DNA of 56,902 nucleotides from a virus (taxonomy: Duplodnaviria; Caudoviricetes). Within the stretch, counting starts at the first letter, position 1. Each line of letters begins with the position of its first letter. A model generated the notes under the pieces. That model was not told the origin of the DNA and did no database searches. It saw nothing but the letters and a program-made list of their open reading frames with translations. The stretch lies in the IMG/VR virus record IMGVR_UViG_3300021090_000023, positions 1 to 56,902 of that record, one strand, 5' to 3'. Below are positions 1 to 9,414 of this stretch, piece by piece. The translations under genes and the position numbers were made by a program.

Positions 1-81
1 AAGTGGAAGGACGCCCAGAAGCTCCCGGGCGACCTCTACGTGATGAAGGAGTGTATCGAGAGCTTTGGCTGCGTGAAGTAG
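1..81 (+). CDS. 3' end of a truncated phage hypothetical protein (…KWKDAQKLPGDLYVMKECIESFG)
   Basis: Open frame from the window edge to TAG at 79-81, directly followed by the next ATG. Confidence 0.6.
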   Translation, partial: KWKDAQKLPGDLYVMKECIESFGCVK

Positions 82-207
82 ATGCGACGCTCACGTAAGC
101 AGAAGTATTGGAGCTGGAGCGGGAGCGGGAGCTGGAGCTGGAGCGGGAGCTGGAGCTGGAGCGGGAGCTGGAGCTGGAGCAGGAGCGGGAGCGGGAGCGG
201 GAGCTAG
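82..207 (+). CDS. 41-aa low-complexity peptide with a basic N-terminus and (W/G/R-S)n tail
   Basis: ATG at 82; MRRSRKQKY then WS/GS/RS dipeptides; TAG at 205-207. Confidence 0.6.
   Translation: MRRSRKQKYWSWSGSGSWSWSGSWSWSGSWSWSRSGSGSGS
109..204 (+). repeat. 16 tandem hexamers (T/G/A)GGAGC
   Basis: Direct reading; only the first base varies. Confidence 0.95.
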
Positions 208-241
208 AGGGGTAAACGTCCAGAGAGAGGAGGTACGAGAG

Positions 242-544
242 ATGCCGTATCTCAAGGTCGAGCGGGCGGTCCTGGTCTACCAGGCGGGGATCGCCAACGT
301 CTTCGGAGTCGAGAGCTTCAACCTCGCGGACTACGGACGGGACGCCATGAGGCTCGTACAGTCGGACTTCCGCTCGTGCGAGAGCTTCGCCCGGGGACTG
401 GCCGCTGCGGGGGTCCACGTCGGGACGGCGGCCTGCAACGAGGCGGGGGACATCGTCCACTCCAGGTGGTCGAGGGAGCTGGACGAGATGCCATTCTCGA
501 TCTCGTTCCACCCGGTGTTCTCGGGCGTCGCGGAGGACGCCTAG
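242..544 (+). CDS. hypothetical protein
   Basis: GGAGG RBS upstream; 100-aa ORF. Confidence 0.75.
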   Translation: MPYLKVERAVLVYQAGIANVFGVESFNLADYGRDAMRLVQSDFRSCESFARGLAAAGVHVGTAACNEAGDIVHSRWSRELDEMPFSISFHPVFSGVAEDA

Positions 545-546
545 CT

Positions 547-816
547 GTGGCCGCGAAGGCGCGGCGAAAGGTGGAGATGGTCCGGGTGCGGTTCACGCCG
601 CAGGCGTGGATCAACGACTACGCAGTGACGGTGCACGCGGACGGACCGATAGAGTTCGAGATCCCCGTCAGGGACGCCAGGGGGCCGGACGGGAAGTGGC
701 TCTCTAACCACGACTACCCGAGCGACGTCCTCAAGGATCACGAGAATGCCCCGATGTGGATTCGGAGGCACAGGGGACCGTTCGAGATCGAGATTCTGCA
801 CGGGGAGGAGGTCTAG
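547..816 (+). CDS. hypothetical protein
   Basis: Tightly packed ORF; start may be GTG 547 or ATG 577. Confidence 0.65.
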   Translation: MAAKARRKVEMVRVRFTPQAWINDYAVTVHADGPIEFEIPVRDARGPDGKWLSNHDYPSDVLKDHENAPMWIRRHRGPFEIEILHGEEV

Positions 817-818
817 CC

Positions 819-1061
819 ATGGTCCTCAAGCGGGAGAAGGTCGAGCAGCTCCTCGCGCTCAAGAGCAGGCTGAAGGCTAGGGAGCGGGAGGTCGGCAGGA
901 CGGTAGCGCTCCGCGCCAAACCGGGACCGGGGTACGACAGGAGGTCCAGGATCGTCGTCGTCACGCGCGAGACGGACGCGGACTGGTGGGGCTGGCCGCT
1001 CGCGAACCCCAGGTGCCCCGTGCTCCAGTGGCCGAAGCTCGCGTGGGAGGAGGCTCGATAA
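819..1061 (+). CDS. hypothetical protein
   Basis: GGAGG RBS, ATG at 819. Confidence 0.65.
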   Translation: MVLKREKVEQLLALKSRLKAREREVGRTVALRAKPGPGYDRRSRIVVVTRETDADWWGWPLANPRCPVLQWPKLAWEEAR

Positions 1062-1064
1062 TCT

Positions 1065-1439
1065 ATGAATATCTACAACGATGGTCTTACGGTAGGATCC
1101 AGAGGAGGCGTCGACTGGGTCAACCCGAGATACACGAAGGGTAAAACGTCGAACCCATACTCGTACAGCGAGTTCTACCTCGCCCGATCCGTCCCGGTCG
1201 CCGACGTGAAGAAGTACGACGGCGTCTACTCCGACAGGCTCCAGGAGTGGAACCGGGAGAAGTTCGAGGAGGCCGGGAAACCATTCCAAAAGCGGTTCGA
1301 TCAATTCTCACTAAAGGACTGCTCGGCGTTCCTCACGGCCTACTACGGTAAGCCCGTCACCGCCGTCGCCCTCGCCGAGGGTTGCAACGTCAGCAACGGC
1401 TACCCATACTGGATATTCTGGTTCAAGGATAAGTATTGA
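1065..1439 (+). CDS. hypothetical protein
   Basis: RBS, 124-aa ORF with protein-like composition. Confidence 0.75.
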   Translation: MNIYNDGLTVGSRGGVDWVNPRYTKGKTSNPYSYSEFYLARSVPVADVKKYDGVYSDRLQEWNREKFEEAGKPFQKRFDQFSLKDCSAFLTAYYGKPVTAVALAEGCNVSNGYPYWIFWFKDKY

Positions 1440-1717
1440 AAAAGGTTAAGAAGCGGCGCGTACGGCGAGTCTCAGTCGAGCGGCTCTGGAAGGAGCACGA
1501 AGAGTTCCTGACGGCGCACGGCGGGGAGTTCCTCAACTCCGGATGGGGTCAGGGCCCCAAGTTCGTACACTCGAAGACCGACATCGGACGCCTCTACTCG
1601 GAGGTCGTCAAAGGTAAGGTCCTGCACTGGTGGACTCCGGGAGGCGGGCGCGGATACTCGCAGGGCATCGACCATCCGGTACGGGCCAGGCTGCCCAGAA
1701 AGGAGAAGATAAGATGA
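1436..1717 (+). CDS. hypothetical basic protein
   Basis: 4-nt overlaps with both neighbours. Confidence 0.55.
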   Translation: MKKVKKRRVRRVSVERLWKEHEEFLTAHGGEFLNSGWGQGPKFVHSKTDIGRLYSEVVKGKVLHWWTPGGGRGYSQGIDHPVRARLPRKEKIR

Positions 1718-2112
1718 AGAAGGTCAAGAAGCCGAAGCCGGCACCGAAGCGCGACCCGTACCTCGACGGCATCATGAAGCGGACGGAGATCAGGGCGGCG
1801 CAGCTCACGCCGGAGCAGAGGAAGGAGTTTCAGCGTGCGGCGAGGCGGACGTGGCAGGCGATCGGGAGCGACATCCTCCACTCGGTCGCGGACTCGGAGG
1901 GGAAGGACGTCAACCGCGTCACGATGAAGCGGGCCGAGGTGATCGAGGTGGTCCTGGACGCGGATCACCTCACCACGCACGGCGGGACGATGGGCGGCCT
2001 AGACTGGAAGCGCACCGACCCGCTCCTCTACGAGTTCTATCACAACGGGAACCACCGGGACCAGGAGCGGCTCCTCAGGGAGGTCTTCAGCCCCGGCGGG
2101 GAGGGGATGTAG
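1714..2112 (+). CDS. hypothetical protein
   Basis: AGGAG RBS, ATGA overlap. Confidence 0.7.
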   Translation: MKKVKKPKPAPKRDPYLDGIMKRTEIRAAQLTPEQRKEFQRAARRTWQAIGSDILHSVADSEGKDVNRVTMKRAEVIEVVLDADHLTTHGGTMGGLDWKRTDPLLYEFYHNGNHRDQERLLREVFSPGGEGM

Positions 2113-2437
2113 CCGTGGCGCGGCGGCGGTGGTACATAGCGGGGAACAGGTACGAGGGGTGCGGGCACAGGCACAAGTCCATAAGGACGGCGCGGCGGTG
2201 CCTCCCGAGGATCGACGCGGGGCACGGTCCGAGGAGGGTCTACAGGGTGAGGCCGCTACCGAAGGTAGTCATCTGAGGGGAGGGCCTGATAAGATGAAGG
2301 AGAAGGATTGGGTAGTGGTACTGATCGTAGTTACGCTCGCCATCGGGCTCGTCGTCTACGGGGCGCTCGGGTACGCCGCGGTGCACTTCATCCGGAAGTA
2401 CTGGTAGTATCTCTACTCTTAGAAAGGGGGTAATTAC

Positions 2438-2608
2438 ATGAGCGAATATCGCTTCTTACTCGGCGTCTGGGCCATCGTAGGAATTACCATAGTAAGCGTT
2501 GCAGCTATCACGACCTACAGCAGCTACAAGCACAGCCAGCTCTTCGTCGAGGGCAAGTACGTCGAGTGTATGCTCCCAGGGAGTAACAGTGCTAAGTGGT
2601 GCCGATGA
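2438..2608 (+). CDS. small membrane-anchored protein
   Basis: RBS; hydrophobic N-terminus FLLGVWAIVGITIVSVAA; lower GC. Confidence 0.5.
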   Translation: MSEYRFLLGVWAIVGITIVSVAAITTYSSYKHSQLFVEGKYVECMLPGSNSAKWCR

Positions 2609-2636
2609 TACATATTCTAACTAAGAGGAGGTACTC

Positions 2637-3041
2637 ATGGCTCAGCACAAGTCCGTCAGGGAGCTCGCGGGTGCGCTCGCCGAGGTCAAGAGGTCGGTCG
2701 GGGATGCGATGCACCCCAAGCGGGAGTTCGAGGTGCGGAACGCCTACCCGTGCGGGTGCACCGCCGTCGTCTGCCGGTGCGGCTGCGAGAACCCACCCGA
2801 GATCAGGGAGTGCCGCACGCACGCCAGGGCAGAAGCGATGAAGGAACTTCTGAAGGAGCTGGCCCTTCCCGCGTCCGTCATCGTCGAGACGGGGGGCGTC
2901 GACAGCAAGTACATCTGCGGGATCTGCGAGGCCGAGGCATACGTGGACTCGAAGGGCGTCGAGCGGGGGCACGAGCCGGACTGCCTCGTACTCCGCGTCC
3001 GTGCGCTCTTCAAGAATAAGGCGAAGTACATCCTCAAGTAA
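2637..3041 (+). CDS. Cys-rich hypothetical protein, possibly Zn-binding
   Basis: GAGGAGG RBS; CxC and CxxC motifs. Confidence 0.7.
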   Translation: MAQHKSVRELAGALAEVKRSVGDAMHPKREFEVRNAYPCGCTAVVCRCGCENPPEIRECRTHARAEAMKELLKELALPASVIVETGGVDSKYICGICEAEAYVDSKGVERGHEPDCLVLRVRALFKNKAKYILK

Positions 3042-3200
3042 GAGAGTAGGCACCTCGCGCTCCTCATGGACGGCGTCATGATCGCGGGCGATGTACTCGA
3101 GAAGTGGAATGAAGGTGACATCGCGGGGGCGGTCAGGGACCTCGGCGGGTGGATCGACGAGGTGCGCGGAGTTATCAAGAAGTAGTGAGGAGGTGAGAGG

Positions 3201-4652
3201 ATGACGACGACCTACGACGTCCAGCTCGGACCGGTCTACTCCAGGTTCGGGGCGGACCTCCCATGGGAGCTCCGCGAGTACCTCGACGCGGCGATGGCGC
3301 TGGAGGTCAAGAACGCGCGGCACACGCCGCAGTTCCGGGCCGGGGTCTGGGACGGCTACCAGCGCTTCTTCGCCCCGGCGACGGCGAGCTTCCTCACCGG
3401 CCTCCTCTCCTGGGTCGAGGAGCTGCTCGCGCGGGAGGGAGTCGAGGTGCGACAACTCGCGGACAGGCTCCCGGCATGCGAGCCACGCGTCCCGGAGCCG
3501 AGGGCGCGCGTCACGCTCCGGGACTATCAGGAGAAGACCGTGACGGACGCCATCCGTCTCCGGCGGGGGATTATAGAGGCGGCGGTCAATGCGGGAAAGA
3601 CCTCCATGGGCATCGAGATTATCCGGCGGCTCCGCATCCCGACGGTCTACGTGGTCCCGGACAAGGGGCTCTACGCGCAGGCCCTGAAGTCGTTCCGGGA
3701 GGAGCTCCCGGACATCCCCCTCGGGGAGCTGAAGGCGAGTGACTTCCGCCCGGCACTCGTCACCGTGGCGATGATACAGAGCCTAACGCGGGGGCTCGCG
3801 GCGGTCGGCGGGTCGGAGCGGATCAGGAGCTGGATCAAGACCGTCGAGTGCGTAATCGAGGACGAGGTCCACCACGGGGGGGCCAAGAAGTTCAGCCTCG
3901 TCTTCAGGCGGGCGGTCAGGGCACCCTACCGCTACGGACTCTCGGCCACCCCGCTCGGGATGAGCGAGGTCCGCGACCGGATGCTCGTCGGGCTCATCGG
4001 CCCGCCGTTCGGGAAGATCACCGTCAAGGACCTGGAGGCACGCGGCCTCTCCGTCCCGATGGAGGTCAGGTTCGTCAGCTACGCGCAGGACGTCAACGCG
4101 CTCCGCGCCTACTCCGGGCGCGACTACCGTGAGATATGGACATTTGGCGTCAAGGAGAATGCCGACCGGGCGGCGGCGATGTACGCGGCGCTCGCCCCGC
4201 ACGTCGCTGCCCGGGAGCGCGTCCTGATCTTCGTCGATCAGGTCCAGCACGGGCAGTCGCTCGCGAGGCTGACCCCGAGGGGGGTCGCGGCGGAGCAGCT
4301 CTACGGGATGGAGGCGGTCGGAGACCGCGAGCTCATCGAACGGGCATTCAGAGACGGGCGGGCGCCGCTCCTGATCTCGACGCTCCTCAAGGAGGGGGTA
4401 AACATCCCGGAGATCGACGTCATCGTCAACGCGAGCGGCAGGAAGTCGGAGTGGGTCGTCCGCCAGCAGGGGGGGCGCGGGGTCAGGCTCCGGGCGGGGA
4501 AGGAGCGCGTCGTCCTCTACGACTTCATCGACGCGATGCACCCGGTACTCCTGAAGCACAGCCACGCGCGGCATGCCGCGTACAAGAAGGAGGGCTACCC
4601 GATCACGCTCGTCGCGCCGATGGAGCCGGAGTTCGCCCCGATCGTCACGTAG
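3201..4652 (+). CDS. superfamily II DNA helicase (UvsW/ResIII-like)
   Basis: Q-motif LRDYQ, motif I AVNAGKT, DEVHH, GLSATP, EGVNIPEID, QQGGRGVR. Confidence 0.92.
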   Translation: MTTTYDVQLGPVYSRFGADLPWELREYLDAAMALEVKNARHTPQFRAGVWDGYQRFFAPATASFLTGLLSWVEELLAREGVEVRQLADRLPACEPRVPEPRARVTLRDYQEKTVTDAIRLRRGIIEAAVNAGKTSMGIEIIRRLRIPTVYVVPDKGLYAQALKSFREELPDIPLGELKASDFRPALVTVAMIQSLTRGLAAVGGSERIRSWIKTVECVIEDEVHHGGAKKFSLVFRRAVRAPYRYGLSATPLGMSEVRDRMLVGLIGPPFGKITVKDLEARGLSVPMEVRFVSYAQDVNALRAYSGRDYREIWTFGVKENADRAAAMYAALAPHVAARERVLIFVDQVQHGQSLARLTPRGVAAEQLYGMEAVGDRELIERAFRDGRAPLLISTLLKEGVNIPEIDVIVNASGRKSEWVVRQQGGRGVRLRAGKERVVLYDFIDAMHPVLLKHSHARHAAYKKEGYPITLVAPMEPEFAPIVT

Positions 4653-4673
4653 TCAGCCATGGGAGGAGGTTAG

Positions 4674-5039
4674 ATGAGCCTCTACGTTCAGGAGTCGTTC
4701 GTCAACAAGACGGAGGGTTACAGGATCGGCGAGTCCGACGTCTACGAGACCAGGTTCGACACGCCGTCAGATCTCTACAGGTCCTGCCTCCGGGAGTACG
4801 GGCGATGCACGGGGAAGGTCTACGTCACGAGGATGGACGGCGCGACCGAGGAGAACCTCCACGTGGGGTGGACGTTCCTCAGGTCCGAGGGGTACGAGGA
4901 CGACCCCGAGAAGCGGTACCTTAGGGAGGTCTGGGTCACGGTCCACGACGGACCGCCCGAGAGGAGCACCTCGTACAGGTACCGCGACGTCGGGAAGGGA
5001 GGGGGGAGAGATGACGCGGAGGGCGCCGAAGTCAGTTGA
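4674..5039 (+). CDS. hypothetical protein
   Basis: Strong RBS GGAGGAGG. Confidence 0.75.
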   Translation: MSLYVQESFVNKTEGYRIGESDVYETRFDTPSDLYRSCLREYGRCTGKVYVTRMDGATEENLHVGWTFLRSEGYEDDPEKRYLREVWVTVHDGPPERSTSYRYRDVGKGGGRDDAEGAEVS

Positions 5040-5211
5040 GAAGCTGGCGAGCGACTATATCACGGCGGCTGCATTTATTGGACAGCAGTACGAGACGGCA
5101 ACCAGGGAGGAGGCGAACAAGCTCGACAGGGAGCTTGACGTCCTCGCGGCGCAGCTCGCGAGGGTCATCTGGAATTACGGAACCCCAGTTACGGGGAGGA
5201 CAAAGAGATGA
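5011..5211 (+). CDS. hypothetical protein
   Basis: Short ORF with purine-rich RBS. Confidence 0.5.
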   Translation: MTRRAPKSVEKLASDYITAAAFIGQQYETATREEANKLDRELDVLAAQLARVIWNYGTPVTGRTKR

Positions 5212-5347
5212 ACGAGGTGGTCGTCAGGGCGGTCGAGGCAGCGATCCGAGATCACATCAGCGGCACCGGCGGCTACTATGCAGGTCCAGGGACGCCCGCA
5301 TACCTTCAGGTGCGGGCGCTCCTCAACACCAGAGAGGAGGAGCGGAT

Positions 5348-5827
5348 ATGGGAACGAGGTGCCTGACGGTCTTCGTAGACGGCGAGACGGAGATCGCGGT
5401 GCTCTACCGACAGATGGACGGCTACCCGATGGGGCACGGGAAGGAGCTGGCGACGTTCCTCTCCGAGGCAATGGTAAGTAACGGGATCAGACTCGGGGAT
5501 GTAGGGACCGTCTTCAATGGCATATCCGACTGCGCGGTTCGGACAATCTCCTACCTCAAGAACGAGAACGGTGGACCAGGAGAGGCAGGAATGTTCTACC
5601 TCTATCCGGCCAAGACCCGCGATGTCGGCGAGGAGTACATATACTACATAACTGCCGCAGTAGCCTCCGATATACGTCCTAACGAAGACAACTTCATCGT
5701 ACTCAGAGGATTTACGGTCAACGGTGGGTACGACGGCCATCCCCGTGAAGAGGTGGAGCTCGACGCCGAGGAGGCAGCCTATCTCAAGGTAGGTATATCA
5801 GAAAACAAGAGGGGGAAGAGGAGATGA
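5348..5827 (+). CDS. phage hypothetical protein (MGTR…YRQxDGYP type)
   Basis: RBS GAGGAGG; N-terminal pattern recurrent in phage early genes. Confidence 0.75.
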   Translation: MGTRCLTVFVDGETEIAVLYRQMDGYPMGHGKELATFLSEAMVSNGIRLGDVGTVFNGISDCAVRTISYLKNENGGPGEAGMFYLYPAKTRDVGEEYIYYITAAVASDIRPNEDNFIVLRGFTVNGGYDGHPREEVELDAEEAAYLKVGISENKRGKRR

Positions 5828-6243
5828 ACGAGACGGTCGTCAGGAGGCTCGCGAGCGCGGTCGACGCGTACCAGAGATGCATCAAGACCGAGAACTCCGA
5901 GTGGACAGGGAGGCACGAGGAGATGATCAGGGAGCTGCTCGACCATCTCCCATCCGGCTCTGGGTGGGACTGCGGGACCAAGATCGACCTGGACCGCTCG
6001 ACCGGGGAGAAGCTCGTCCTCTACGGGAGCTTCCATCACATGAACGAGGGCGGGATGTACGACGGCTGGACGGAGCACGAGATCTGGGTACGGCCGAGCC
6101 TCCGGTTCGGGATCGACCTCAGGATCACTGGGCAGAATAGGAATGATGTCAAGGAGTACCTCCACGAGACGTTCCACTGGGCGCTCCTAGAAGTCCTCCT
6201 AGAATCAGGAGAGGACAAGGCGGTCGCAGATGCCGGAGGCTAG
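5824..6243 (+). CDS. phage hypothetical protein (LPSGSGxD motif)
   Basis: ATGA overlap; conserved-looking LPSGSGWD and FHHMNExGxYDGWT. Confidence 0.8.
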   Translation: MNETVVRRLASAVDAYQRCIKTENSEWTGRHEEMIRELLDHLPSGSGWDCGTKIDLDRSTGEKLVLYGSFHHMNEGGMYDGWTEHEIWVRPSLRFGIDLRITGQNRNDVKEYLHETFHWALLEVLLESGEDKAVADAGG

Positions 6244-7045
6244 GACCTGCGGCCTGGAGGACTGCGACAGACCGGCCCTCCTGAACCTCGAGGTCCTCGA
6301 CTCGGGTGACCTCTACGTCCCGGTCTGCCGAGAGTGCGCCCTCGAGTGCATCGAGCACGGCGTCGGCGACGCGCTGCGGTTCCGTCAACCAGCAATAATC
6401 GAGAGGGGGCAACCGATGAAGCTCAAGCGGGACTTCGTGAAGGCGATCGCGCAGGCGGTGGCGGACGGTCTGGACGACGACGAGATCAAGGAGGCCGTGG
6501 TCGAGGAGGTTGCCGGGGACGTCGACACGCGCGACGTCGAGCAGAAGGCGGTAGAGCAGATCGTCGATGAGATCAACTCCATCGAGATCGTAGATCGGAT
6601 CGAGCAGCTACTCACGGAGAAAGTCTACGGTGAGATAGACTCCGAGGACTACGAGAGGATGGAGGACCTGGTCGTGGATCGGGTCTACGACGCCATGCAC
6701 GATGACGACGGGTTCCTCGACAGGCTCGTCGGGGCCGTCGCCGAGAGGGTGATCGCGGCACTCATGGAAGACGAGAGGGAGGACGAGGCGGAGCCGCCGA
6801 GCATGATAGGGGGGCCCCAGAGGCTGAGGATCAGGACGGCGGAGGAGATGACGAGGGAGATCGAGAGGAGGATGAAGGAGACGGAGGACAAGATCACGGC
6901 CCCGATAGTCGAGACCGCGGAGAACTCGACGGATGGACCGGGGGCGGCGGCGTGCAGGCTCTGCGGCGGCTCCGCCTTCCTCCACCGGGACGACGGGAGC
7001 TGCCCGGAAGTCCCGGCTGCCCTGAAGCTCATGAGGATGGAGTGA
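6230..7045 (+). CDS. acidic helical protein with N- and C-terminal Cys motifs (second possible start at 6416)
   Basis: 271-aa ORF; internal RBS plus ATG at 6416. Confidence 0.65.
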   Translation: MPEARTCGLEDCDRPALLNLEVLDSGDLYVPVCRECALECIEHGVGDALRFRQPAIIERGQPMKLKRDFVKAIAQAVADGLDDDEIKEAVVEEVAGDVDTRDVEQKAVEQIVDEINSIEIVDRIEQLLTEKVYGEIDSEDYERMEDLVVDRVYDAMHDDDGFLDRLVGAVAERVIAALMEDEREDEAEPPSMIGGPQRLRIRTAEEMTREIERRMKETEDKITAPIVETAENSTDGPGAAACRLCGGSAFLHRDDGSCPEVPAALKLMRME

Positions 7046-7046
7046 G

Positions 7047-7244
7047 ATGACCGACGACGACGAGCGGAGGCGGTGCGAGATCGGCGTCATGTGCGAGGGG
7101 AGGGACGACGTGGAGGTGGTGCAGGAGGCGCAGATCGCCGGGGACCTCTGGGTCCCCGTCTGCCGCGAGTGCGCCGCCGCCCTCACGCTCCTCCGGAAGC
7201 AGGCCCTGACGAAGGGGAATGGCGGGGAGGTGAAGGACGAATGA
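7047..7244 (+). CDS. small Cys-motif protein
   Basis: C…C…CxxC; shares GDLxVPVCRECA with the 6230 ORF. Confidence 0.65.
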   Translation: MTDDDERRRCEIGVMCEGRDDVEVVQEAQIAGDLWVPVCRECAAALTLLRKQALTKGNGGEVKDE

Positions 7245-7474
7245 GAACGCCGGATCAGAAGTTCGGGGCGCACCTCGCCCGCAGGCTGCTCGAGAGCTAC
7301 GACGGCTCGTGCGCCCCGGTGCGCGGCGCCAGGATAACCGTCGAGGAGGCGGACACCTACATCGAGAAGCTAGAGGGAATTATACAATCCTTCCGAGACA
7401 GAGAGACGAGGAACTTCGTAGATGCACTGGTCGCCGCGCTCGACGCGTTCATCAAGAAGGGAGCTGGAGGATGA
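7241..7474 (+). CDS. hypothetical protein
   Basis: ATGA overlaps on both sides. Confidence 0.65.
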   Translation: MRTPDQKFGAHLARRLLESYDGSCAPVRGARITVEEADTYIEKLEGIIQSFRDRETRNFVDALVAALDAFIKKGAGG

Positions 7475-7830
7475 GCTACTGGGTAAGCCTGCGCGACGCG
7501 GGCGGCGAGGTCTGCACGGTGCCGAAGTTCGAGGACGGCGGAACCAAGGTCGCGGGGGGCTCGGAGGAGGCGGAGCTCAACGTCACCTACAACTACGGCG
7601 AGGTCTACCGCCTGGTCCCCAAATTCCTCGGCTTCGAGTTCAGCATAGGCTTCCTCAATAACAGGAAGGCGCTGTATACAATTGCATATCTGGAGCACGT
7701 CGTCGAGGTCCTCGGGGACAAGACGTACCCGGACTACTGGGCCCCCACCCCCGGGAACGCCGGGCACGCGGCGGCGATCCTCCTGAAGTGGGCCCGGCTC
7801 CACCCGGATGCGACCTTCGAGGTTCACTAA
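7471..7830 (+). CDS. phage hypothetical protein (NxTYNY motif)
   Basis: RBS, ATGA overlap, LNVTYNY…DYWAPTPGN. Confidence 0.75.
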   Translation: MSYWVSLRDAGGEVCTVPKFEDGGTKVAGGSEEAELNVTYNYGEVYRLVPKFLGFEFSIGFLNNRKALYTIAYLEHVVEVLGDKTYPDYWAPTPGNAGHAAAILLKWARLHPDATFEVH

Positions 7831-7842
7831 AAGGAGATCGAG

Positions 7843-8130
7843 ATGCGGGTCCTGATGCTTTTCATATTCTTCTTCGATGAGTACCGGACGTTTGAGGGCT
7901 GGGCTCCCTGGAGGATCGTCCTCTGGAGACTCGGCTACGTCGCCTCTACAGTAGTCTGGTTCTCTCTCTTCATATTCGTAGGCGTCTACTGGATGATCGC
8001 GAAGCCCCTCTATCACGGGACCGGGGTGGAATTCTTCTGGAACGACTTCTTCGATGATAAAGGGACCTCTCTGAGGGAGCTTAGGGAGAAGGTCGCAGAG
8101 ATTGACAGAGACTCCGGGGTCGGGGCCTAG
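7843..8130 (+). CDS. membrane protein
   Basis: AAGGAG RBS; long hydrophobic segment. Confidence 0.65.
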   Translation: MRVLMLFIFFFDEYRTFEGWAPWRIVLWRLGYVASTVVWFSLFIFVGVYWMIAKPLYHGTGVEFFWNDFFDDKGTSLRELREKVAEIDRDSGVGA

Positions 8131-8375
8131 GCGGGGTACCCCGAGGCGCTGTGCCGGAGGCCCTAGGACGCCCGGAGAATAGACGCGAGACCGGGCTAAA
8201 TCGGGCCGTACGCGAGACTTTAAGCGGCGAGCCTAGTTCCCCCTACTCCGGAGCCTAGCGCGGCGCTACGGGGAGCCTAGCGCGTCCCCGTAGGGGGGCT
8301 GACAGGCGGGGGCCGTATCGGGCCCTAGGCTAGACTTCGCGGCGCGACCGATACCCTACCCCTAGGCGGGAAGCC
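8121..8375. repeat. CCTAG(G)-rich intergenic element, copy 1
   Basis: Non-coding, dense CCTAG/CCTA; shares CCTAGGCGGG, GGAGGCCCTAG and CCGGAGCCTA with other copies. Confidence 0.6.
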
Positions 8376-8401
8376 GTGGCACGAGAGAGGAGGACGAGGG
8401 C

Positions 8402-8590
8402 GTGACAGACGAGGAGGAGGTCCGGAGGCTGATCGGGATGCTCCAGCGCGCCAAGCGGGCGATCGGTCCCGTAGGAGGTGTAGTGCATAAGATGAAGGGG
8501 CTCACGGACTCGCAGCGTCGGAGCTATCTGAAACAGCTGGACGGCGCCTATCAGGCACTGAAGACGGTTCAGGACGACATCTCGAGGTGA
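8402..8590 (+). CDS. hypothetical protein
   Basis: GAGGAGG upstream of GTG. Confidence 0.55.
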   Translation: MTDEEEVRRLIGMLQRAKRAIGPVGGVVHKMKGLTDSQRRSYLKQLDGAYQALKTVQDDISR

Positions 8591-8720
8591 CATCAAGTAT
8601 GCAGCTATAGCTCAGTCGTTCCACGACCGAGAGGAGGTAACTACCCGAGGGCGGCAGTCGAGAGGGCCTAAGTATGGAGGAACGGAGGAACTTCCCCACG
8701 AACCTGGGAGGGACAGAGCA

Positions 8721-8912
8721 ATGAACGTCAGACAGCTCATAGAGAATTTGAAGAAAGCTCCGGCAACGTCGGAAGTGTGCTTCGAGGGGAATGGGATCTG
8801 GCCCATCTCGGGTATCAGAATAGGGAAGATGCCGAAGAGCAAGGTTGGGTACGTAAAGCTTGTCTCGGCAGGCGAAGGATTTAAACACTTCCCCGTGTCG
8901 AGGGAATCATGA
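8721..8912 (+). CDS. hypothetical protein
   Basis: RBS; MNVRQLIENL start. Confidence 0.6.
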   Translation: MNVRQLIENLKKAPATSEVCFEGNGIWPISGIRIGKMPKSKVGYVKLVSAGEGFKHFPVSRES

Positions 8913-9412
8913 GCCCGCGAGCCAGGAGGGTCAGGCTCGTCGTCGGGGAGTCGGAGCCGAGGACGTACGAGCTGGAGTCCGTGAGGTTCCGCGTCGTCAG
9001 GGAGGTAGACCCAAGAGAGAAGCAGGCACTCTCATCTCCCGGAGATAGCTTCTCCTTCATCAGGGACTCGGGGTTCATCCCGGACGACGCGAAGGAGCAC
9101 TTCGGCGTCCTGCTCCTCGACGCCCAGAACGGATTCATCAAGCACCACGAGGTCTCGGTCGGCTCGCTCTCGGCGAGCATCGTCCACCCCCGGGAGGTCT
9201 TCGCCCCGGCGCTCAGGGTCATGGGCGTCTCGTCGATCATCCTCTTCCACAACCACCCGAGCGGCGACCCGACGCCGAGCCGCGAGGACCTCAGGCTCAC
9301 GCGTCAGCTCGTCGAGGGCGCGAGGCTCCTCGACCTCCGCATCCACGACCACCTCGTCCTCGGCGACGGGACGGGGAGGTACGTCTCGCTCGCCCAGACA
9401 GGGGCGATCTGA
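8909..9412 (+). CDS. radC: RadC-like JAB/MPN domain protein
   Basis: E(H)FGVLLLD, VHPREVF, HNHPSGDPTPSRED, IHDHLVLG. Confidence 0.95.
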   Translation: MSPRARRVRLVVGESEPRTYELESVRFRVVREVDPREKQALSSPGDSFSFIRDSGFIPDDAKEHFGVLLLDAQNGFIKHHEVSVGSLSASIVHPREVFAPALRVMGVSSIILFHNHPSGDPTPSREDLRLTRQLVEGARLLDLRIHDHLVLGDGTGRYVSLAQTGAI

Positions 9413-9414
9413 TC

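Noticed and set aside
8601-8632. tRNA-like start GCAGCTATAGCTCAGT
   Set aside because: No T arm or acceptor complement follows; only a simple hairpin
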